From contig JBBTSB010000004.1 of the NCBI GenBank assembly GCA_038064915.1, positions 24,874 through 88,873 of the forward strand: a stretch of 64,000 nucleotides of DNA, in the 5' to 3' direction. Shown here one piece after another: positions 58,204-64,000 of the stretch; positions within the stretch are counted from its first letter, which is position 1, and each line of letters begins with the position of its first letter. Origin of the DNA: Patescibacteria group bacterium. GTDB lineage: Bacteria; Patescibacteriota; Minisyncoccia; 2-02-FULL-40-12; IGHO2-01-FULL-4-A. The position numbers were made by a program, and so were the translations under genes. The notes under the pieces were generated by a model. The model searched no databases. It was given only the letters and a program-made list of their open reading frames with translations, and was not told the origin of the DNA.

Positions 58204-59590
58204 GCTGTGGAATTCCCATAAGTTCAAGGATTGTGGGTGCAACATCTGCGAGAATACCATCGGGCTCAGTGGGTAGTGTGTAGTTGGTGGTGTTATATTG
58301 ATTTCCGATGAAATAGATCGGAACGGGACTTCCATCGTGACGGCTTTCCGGCTCGCTGGTAAAGCGATCAATCAATGCTTCAGCATTTCCGTGGTCGGAC
58401 GTAATGAGCAGTATGCCGTCTTGTGCCAGTACAGCATCCATAATGATACCAACCGCATTATCCACCGTTTCCACACCCGTTCGTGTTGCCTCATAGTTTC
58501 CCGTATGCGCAAGCATGTCGGCATTGGCAAAATTTGCAACGATAACATCGTAGTTTGGGAGTTCAGCAACGATACGATTTGCAACGTTCTCCGCTCCCAT
58601 GGTGGGTTCCGCCTCAATATCCTTCACGGATTGAATAAGGACATCATTTTCATTCTCGTATGGCTCATTTTTCAATCCGTTAAAAAAGTATGTAACATGT
58701 GCATATTTTACGGTTTCCGCAATGTGAAGTTGTGTAAGGCCAGCTTTGCTGATGAGTTCCGAAAGATTGTTATTGAGTTCAGGTGGGCCAAACAGAAAAC
58801 GCTCATCCTTGTCCGTATACTTTGTCATAGTATAAGCATCGGGAAACAGCGAATACAACTGCCGAATACTATCTTCACGAAAATTGAAAAAAAAGAAAGC
58901 ATCGCCAGGGCGCGTTCCTTCATACGTCGTGGCTGCCAACGCAGGGATTTTTGTGTCCGGTGTACCTTGCTTGTACAATTCTTCGATTTTGGCAGTAAAA
59001 TCTTCTGTCTTTTCTCCTTTTGCCAGCGCGATGAGGTCGTAAGCTTGTTGAGTCAGATCCCAATTCTTGTCTCGATCCATTCCATGGTTGCGGCCGATGA
59101 TAGTTGTCGGCGATACAGGGAGTTTTTTGAGAAGCCCTGCGCCATCATGGATTCCGGAATCTTTGCCATCCGTAAACAAATGGAGAAAGATTTGAGATGT
59201 CGTTCCCATTTCGATGAGTGCTTGCAGGTGGGAGAGATCAGCATGGACATTTCCCGCCGTAAGGAGTCCTATGATATGAACGCGCGGATGAGAAAAAACG
59301 TCTACTAAAACTTTATTGGAAAAGAAAGAACCATCTTTAATTGCGCGACCGATTCGCGTCGAATACTGTTGTACGGTTCGTCCGGCGCCGATTGTGAGAT
59401 GTCCTACCTCACTATTGCCAAAATCTCCCCAGTTTAGCCCCACGGCAAGACCTGATGCCTGAAGTAAAAGAAGTGGATAGTGGTTAGTGATATAGTCCAG
59501 ATTGGGTTTCCGTGCCTCGAGCAGAGGATTACCCGCGCGCTTCAGAGAATATCCCCAGCCGTCGAGAATTGCCAAAACAAGTGGTTTCAT
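58118..59590 (-). CDS. gpmI: 2,3-bisphosphoglycerate-independent phosphoglycerate mutase
   Basis: ILDGWG, GNSEVGH, MDRD, AETVKYAHVTYFFNG, DMLAHTG, TSDHGNAE. Confidence 0.95.
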   Translation of the reverse strand: MKPLVLAILDGWGYSLKRAGNPLLEARKPNLDYITNHYPLLLLQASGLAVGLNWGDFGNSEVGHLTIGAGRTVQQYSTRIGRAIKDGSFFSNKVLVDVFSHPRVHIIGLLTAGNVHADLSHLQALIEMGTTSQIFLHLFTDGKDSGIHDGAGLLKKLPVSPTTIIGRNHGMDRDKNWDLTQQAYDLIALAKGEKTEDFTAKIEELYKQGTPDTKIPALAATTYEGTRPGDAFFFFNFREDSIRQLYSLFPDAYTMTKYTDKDERFLFGPPELNNNLSELISKAGLTQLHIAETVKYAHVTYFFNGLKNEPYENENDVLIQSVKDIEAEPTMGAENVANRIVAELPNYDVIVANFANADMLAHTGNYEATRTGVETVDNAVGIIMDAVLAQDGILLITSDHGNAEALIDRFTSEPESRHDGSPVPIYFIGNQYNTTNYTLPTEPDGILADVAPTILELMGIPQPIEMTGVSLLPKLPARDTTPQTDQGLEK

Positions 59591-59628
59591 ATATACTCGT
59601 ATCATAATGAATTTTAACCCCAATCACA

Positions 59629-61161
59629 ATGTCATTGGAACTATCTACGCTCATCAAAGCGGTTATTGCGTTATGTCTCGGTGCGGTCGGTGGATATCTT
59701 CTTAGCGTACTCATCATCAGTCGTCGGGTAAACTCTGCAAAGGAAAGGGCAGACAAAATGCTTTCCGAGGCCAGACAAAAGGCCCAGGATTTGCAGTTGG
59801 AAGCTAACGAAAAATCACTCAAGATTCTTGAGGATGCTAAAAAAGAGGAAGAGGTGAGAAACCAGCAGATTTTGCGCATAGAGAATCTGTTATCCAAGAA
59901 GGAGTCGGAAATGGAATCAAAGTCGCGAGAACTTGAAGGAACCAAGAAACAGCTTGAACTGAAGCTCGTAGAAAGTGAAAGCGTAAAAAAAGAACTTGAA
60001 GAAAAGCGCCAACAGCAACTGACGGAACTAGAACGTATCACGGGTCTTCGACGCGACGAGGCAAAGGACATGATGATGAAAAGTATCGAAGATGAATATC
60101 GCGACGAACTGTATCAAAAAATGAAAAAACTCGAACAGATGAATCGGGACGAACTTGATGGCAAGGCTCGCGAAATTCTCACCATGTCAGTTCAGCGTTA
60201 CGCTGGCTCGCATATTGCAGACGCTACGACGACGGTGGTCAGTCTTCCTTCCGATGAATTGAAAGGTAAAATCATCGGCAAAGAAGGAAGAAATATCAAG
60301 ACAATTGAGAGACTTACGGGTGTGGATATTATCATTGATGACACGCCTGAGGCTCTTGTCGTTTCGGGGTTTGATCCGGTTCGCCGCCAAATAGCAAAAC
60401 TCGCCATTGATAAACTAATCCAAGACGGCCGAATACATCCTGGCAAAATTGAAGAAATGGTAGAGAAAGCGAAAGAAGATATCAATGAAAAAATCAAGCA
60501 AGCAGGTGAAGCTGCGCTCTTTGAGGTTGGAGTTGGCGTCGTTGATCCAAAACTTACGTATTTGCTTGGCCGCCTTGCGTACCGTACCAGTTTTGGTCAA
60601 AATGTCCTCGTGCACTCCATAGAAATGGCTCATGTTGCGGGCATGCTCGCTTCGGAACTCGGCGCAGATGCTACGGTTGCAAAGAAGGGCGCACTCTTCC
60701 ATGATATCGGCAAAGCAGTGGATCATGAAGTTCAGGGAACACATGTAGAAATCGGGCGCAAGATTTTGCAAAAATTCGGGATGGATGAAAAAGTCATTCG
60801 TGCCATGGAAGCACACCACGAAGAGTATCCCTACTCCAGTCTCGAGTCACGCATTGTGCAGGCCGCTGATGCTATTTCCGGCGCTCGTCCCGGTGCTCGG
60901 CGCGATACGGTGGAAGTCTACATCAAACGCCTTGAAGAATTGGAGCGTATTGCAAATTCCTTCGAGGGTATCGAAAAATCATATGCCATCCAAGCAGGTC
61001 GTGAACTACGAGTGTTTGTGACACCAGCGAAGGTTGATGACCTATCGGCAATGAAATTGTCGAGGGATATAGCCAAAAAAATCGAATCGGAAATGAAATA
61101 TCCAGGAGAAATCAAAGTCAATGTCATACGCGAAACGAGGGCCATAGAATACGCGAGATAG
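59629..61161 (+). CDS. rny: Ribonuclease Y
   Basis: TM, coiled coil, KH (KGKIIGKEGRNI), HD (HDIGK), AIQAGRE. Confidence 0.98.
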   Translation: MSLELSTLIKAVIALCLGAVGGYLLSVLIISRRVNSAKERADKMLSEARQKAQDLQLEANEKSLKILEDAKKEEEVRNQQILRIENLLSKKESEMESKSRELEGTKKQLELKLVESESVKKELEEKRQQQLTELERITGLRRDEAKDMMMKSIEDEYRDELYQKMKKLEQMNRDELDGKAREILTMSVQRYAGSHIADATTTVVSLPSDELKGKIIGKEGRNIKTIERLTGVDIIIDDTPEALVVSGFDPVRRQIAKLAIDKLIQDGRIHPGKIEEMVEKAKEDINEKIKQAGEAALFEVGVGVVDPKLTYLLGRLAYRTSFGQNVLVHSIEMAHVAGMLASELGADATVAKKGALFHDIGKAVDHEVQGTHVEIGRKILQKFGMDEKVIRAMEAHHEEYPYSSLESRIVQAADAISGARPGARRDTVEVYIKRLEELERIANSFEGIEKSYAIQAGRELRVFVTPAKVDDLSAMKLSRDIAKKIESEMKYPGEIKVNVIRETRAIEYAR

Positions 61162-61265
61162 GGGCTGTTGATAGGATACTTGCAAAAACCTAGCAAATAC
61201 GCCTATAATTAAATATCAAGGTCGATATGTACTTTAAATCTTAAACATTTAAACTCTAAACCTAT

Positions 61266-61547
61266 ATGCAATCAGTAAAAAAGACCCAGTTTATTCAGTC
61301 ACTTGCGGAGCGTTTCAACGTCCCCAAGAAGCAGGCAGCCGAATGGCTCGAAGGATTTGTTGAGGAAATCACCAAGATCATGAAGCGTGGAGATAAACTC
61401 AATATCAGCGGTTTTGGCATCTTCAAGGTTGCCGCCCGCGCCGCTCGCGAAGGACGCAATCCTCGCACTGGAGAGACCATCCAGATCAAGGCATCCAAGA
61501 AAGCAAAGTTTGTGCCCTCAAAGGCTCTGAAAGAAGCCGTACTGTAG
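61266..61547 (+). CDS. hup: HU family DNA-binding protein
   Basis: GFGIF, REGRNPRTGETIQI, F.PSKALKEAV. Confidence 0.95.
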   Translation: MQSVKKTQFIQSLAERFNVPKKQAAEWLEGFVEEITKIMKRGDKLNISGFGIFKVAARAAREGRNPRTGETIQIKASKKAKFVPSKALKEAVL

Positions 61548-61551
61548 GTTA

Positions 61552-61592
61552 TTAAGGTTCGACCTTAATGAAGTCTCAAGGTCGAACCTTAA
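61552..61592. repeat. REP-like paired palindrome
   Basis: TTAAGGTTCGACCTT ... AAGGTCGAACCTTAA, perfect 15-bp inverted repeat. Confidence 0.7.
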
Positions 61593-61598
61593 AATCCC

Positions 61599-62504
61599 TT
61601 GGATAGAAATTTGGCATTAGAATTTGTAAGAGTCACCGAAGCCGCGGCAATAGCCGCGGCTTCATGGATTGGGAAGGGCGACAAAAATGCCGCAGATAAG
61701 GCGGCGGTTGATGAGATGCGTGATCGCTTTAATCAGATTGATTTCAAGGGCCGTGTCGTTATCGGTGAGGGAACAAAAGACGAAGCGCCGGAATTGTTTG
61801 AAGGTGAATTGCTTGGCACAGGCAAAGGATCTGAAATGGATATTGCAGTGGATCCCTTGGAAGGCACGACAAATACTGCATTCGGGTATCCCAATGCCAT
61901 GTCAGTCATTGTGGCCGGTGCAGCGGGTTCGCTCATGCCTATGCCGAAGGGTAAGTTTTATATCGAGAAGATTGCCGTTGGACCTCAAGCTGCAAAAGTC
62001 ATCGATCTGGAAGCACCCGTCAAAGTAAATATAAATAAAGTCTCCAAAGCTCTCGGCAAATCGCCTCAAGAAGTCACAGTTGTGGTCTTGGAACGCGATC
62101 GACATAAGGCATTGATCAATGATCTCCGCAAAGCTGGTGCTCGCGTACGCTTGATAAATGCCGGCGATTTGGCTCCTGGCATCGCAACATGCTTTCCGGA
62201 TTCGGGTATCGATATGGTCATGGGCACGGGTGGGACACCCGAAGCAGTCCTTGCCGCCGCTGCTATCAAAATCATGGGCGGGCAGATTTTCGCTCGTTTT
62301 CCTGAAGAAAAAAAGATTTTTGATGCAAATGATCTTGCAAAAGGAAATCAGCTTACATTTACCGCCACTGGCATCATTGAAGGTCCGCTTTTGAAAGGTA
62401 TAACTATATCAGATCATATTATCACGACCCATTCCGTCGTCATGCGTTTAGCCTCAAAAACTATTCGATACATAACTACTCACCACCATGCCAAGTCTCA
62501 ATGA
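61599..62504 (+). CDS. glpX: Class II fructose-1,6-bisphosphatase
   Basis: RVTEAAA, VVIGEG, DIAVDPLEGT, GGTPEAV; TTG start. Confidence 0.95.
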   Translation: MDRNLALEFVRVTEAAAIAAASWIGKGDKNAADKAAVDEMRDRFNQIDFKGRVVIGEGTKDEAPELFEGELLGTGKGSEMDIAVDPLEGTTNTAFGYPNAMSVIVAGAAGSLMPMPKGKFYIEKIAVGPQAAKVIDLEAPVKVNINKVSKALGKSPQEVTVVVLERDRHKALINDLRKAGARVRLINAGDLAPGIATCFPDSGIDMVMGTGGTPEAVLAAAAIKIMGGQIFARFPEEKKIFDANDLAKGNQLTFTATGIIEGPLLKGITISDHIITTHSVVMRLASKTIRYITTHHHAKSQ

Positions 62505-63417
62505 AGTTGCAAAAAAACTCGTAGCACCTGGGAAGGGAATTCTCGCCGCAGATGAAAGTTTTGGAACGATAGAAAAGCGTTTTGCAAAGATTGGCATCGA
62601 ATCAACACACGAGAATCGTCGAACATATCGTGAATTACTATTCTCTACTCCGGGCCTAGATCAATATATTTCTGGTATTATCCAATTTGACGAAACAATA
62701 AGAGACCAAATTTTAAAAAACCCAAACATTATTTCGATCATCAAGGTTGACGAAGGCTTCGACAAGGAAACGGGCGTCATAAAACCAATGTCTGGCCTTG
62801 CACAGCGTCTTGAGGAGTATAAAAAACTTGGAGCGCAGGCCGCAAAGGCCCGATCAGTTATTATCGTGGGCAAGGAGCAGTATATTATAGAAAATGCAAA
62901 GGCACAGGCTGAATATGCAAAACTATGCCAGGATCTGGGAATTGTGCCCATGGTGGAGCCGGAAGTGCTTATGGATGGCGGTCACGGCATTGAGGAATGC
63001 GAAAAAACCACCGAGGAGACACTTCGCGTGGTGTTTGATGAATTGAACTCCGCTGGTGTTGCCATTGATGGTATCATTCTGAAACCCAACATGGTGGTAT
63101 CAGGCATGGTATCTGGACAAAAAGCTACTCCGCAACAAATTGCTGAAGCGACGGTCCGAGTACTCAAGAAGACTGTTCCCGACAATTTGCCGGGCATTAC
63201 TTTTCTTTCCGGTGGACAATCCGAAGAGGAAGCCACAGAAAATCTTCAAGCGATCAACCGTATCGGCGGTCCGTGGCGGCTTACGTTTTCCTACGGTCGT
63301 GCGCTACAAGATTCCGTTCTCAAAACCTGGGCGGGCAAAGCCGAAAACATCCCTACCGCGCAGGCAAAACTCCTCGAACGCGCTAGGGCGAATAGTGAAG
63401 CGACTGCCAGTGCTTGA
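62488..63417 (+). CDS. Class I fructose-bisphosphate aldolase
   Basis: KGILAADES, VPMVEPEV, LKPNMV (Schiff-base Lys), FLSGGQSE, FSYGRALQ. Confidence 0.95.
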   Translation: MPSLNEVAKKLVAPGKGILAADESFGTIEKRFAKIGIESTHENRRTYRELLFSTPGLDQYISGIIQFDETIRDQILKNPNIISIIKVDEGFDKETGVIKPMSGLAQRLEEYKKLGAQAAKARSVIIVGKEQYIIENAKAQAEYAKLCQDLGIVPMVEPEVLMDGGHGIEECEKTTEETLRVVFDELNSAGVAIDGIILKPNMVVSGMVSGQKATPQQIAEATVRVLKKTVPDNLPGITFLSGGQSEEEATENLQAINRIGGPWRLTFSYGRALQDSVLKTWAGKAENIPTAQAKLLERARANSEATASA

Positions 63418-64000
63418 TCTCTTTTTTGACGAAACGCTCTTCTGGAATTTGAGGAATCTTTCGTAGCTCGCGCAAGGCATCATCGGAAAGTGTGGCCAAA
63501 TACTCCACATCCAATTTTCCAGTTGTAGCGAAGCGATCTATATTTTTGCGCGCAATAAACGCGTCGGGATTGCCGATATTGATGCCGGCAAGAAATACCA
63601 GAGCAATGATGAATATGTTGAGCGCAAACGGTTCCTCGCGCTGATGGGCGAGAATTTTATACACGAGCACAAAAAATATTATGGCGAGAAAGATAATAAC
63701 CAGGTAACTATAGAGGCGCAATTCAGTAAATCCATACGCGGTTTCGTATAGGTGCAAACGCTTGAATGCCGATGCCATGATCACAAACACCTGGGCAATC
63801 AACGCGCTACTCAACCAACGCGGTGAGCGTTCTGCGTACTTGTCTACCGCAAAAAGGAGGAGGAAGGATAGCAACGCTACCGCAATGAGCTCAAAGAATC
63901 CTTTTCGTGCGTACTCTGCATAGGTAAACCCCTCGAGAGTAATATTTTCAATACCTCCGAAAAGATAACGAAGCTGAATGAGAATAAAAAGCAAGAATAG
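63383..64000 (-). CDS. DUF4173/DUF4153-like membrane protein (5' part outside the window)
   Basis: YLFGG, YAEYARKGFFEL, RL.LYE.AYGFT.LR, D..YL..LS.DA. Confidence 0.8.
   Translation of the reverse strand, partial: LFLLFILIQLRYLFGGIENITLEGFTYAEYARKGFFELIAVALLSFLLLFAVDKYAERSPRWLSSALIAQVFVIMASAFKRLHLYETAYGFTELRLYSYLVIIFLAIIFFVLVYKILAHQREEPFALNIFIIALVFLAGINIGNPDAFIARKNIDRFATTGKLDVEYLATLSDDALRELRKIPQIPEERFVKKEIKHWQSLHYSP

Overview
A 64-kb, gene-dense chromosomal segment that looks like a streamlined Patescibacteria (CPR)/Parcubacteria-type genome. This is inferred from short proteins, overlapping genes, FemABX plus a CPR-style MurE, and many genes with a -10 box just before the ATG and no Shine-Dalgarno (SD). 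Most of it is housekeeping: rpsT, uvrB, ruvA, murE, lon, murG, holB, frr, rseP, proS, mreBCD-mrdA, greA-lysS, serS, murI, groES/EL, tgt, a UvrD-nuclease, pepA, obgE, xseAB, murJ, mnmA, gpmI, rny, HU, glpX and class I fba, plus an AbiEii-type toxin-antitoxin pair. I found no rRNA, tRNA, CRISPR array or transposase. The most notable structure is at 35.8-37.5 kb. A YerC/HisR-type TrpR-family repressor has a palindromic operator over its own promoter, and its only two His codons lie just before the stop, in front of a complete 1:2/2:3/3:4 attenuator, so the repressor gene may double as a His leader peptide. About 0.9 kb further on is a textbook Trp attenuator (18-aa W-S-W leader). Both control tiny orphan genes rather than biosynthetic operons. 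Also seen: about ten self-contained, mostly SD-led orphan micro-cassettes among leaderless core genes, two CIRCE operators (lon, groES), REP-like palindromes and a TTTAAAC heptamer element inserted in frame in core genes, and several candidate structured RNAs. All calls come from reading the sequence by eye; no searches or folding programs were run.
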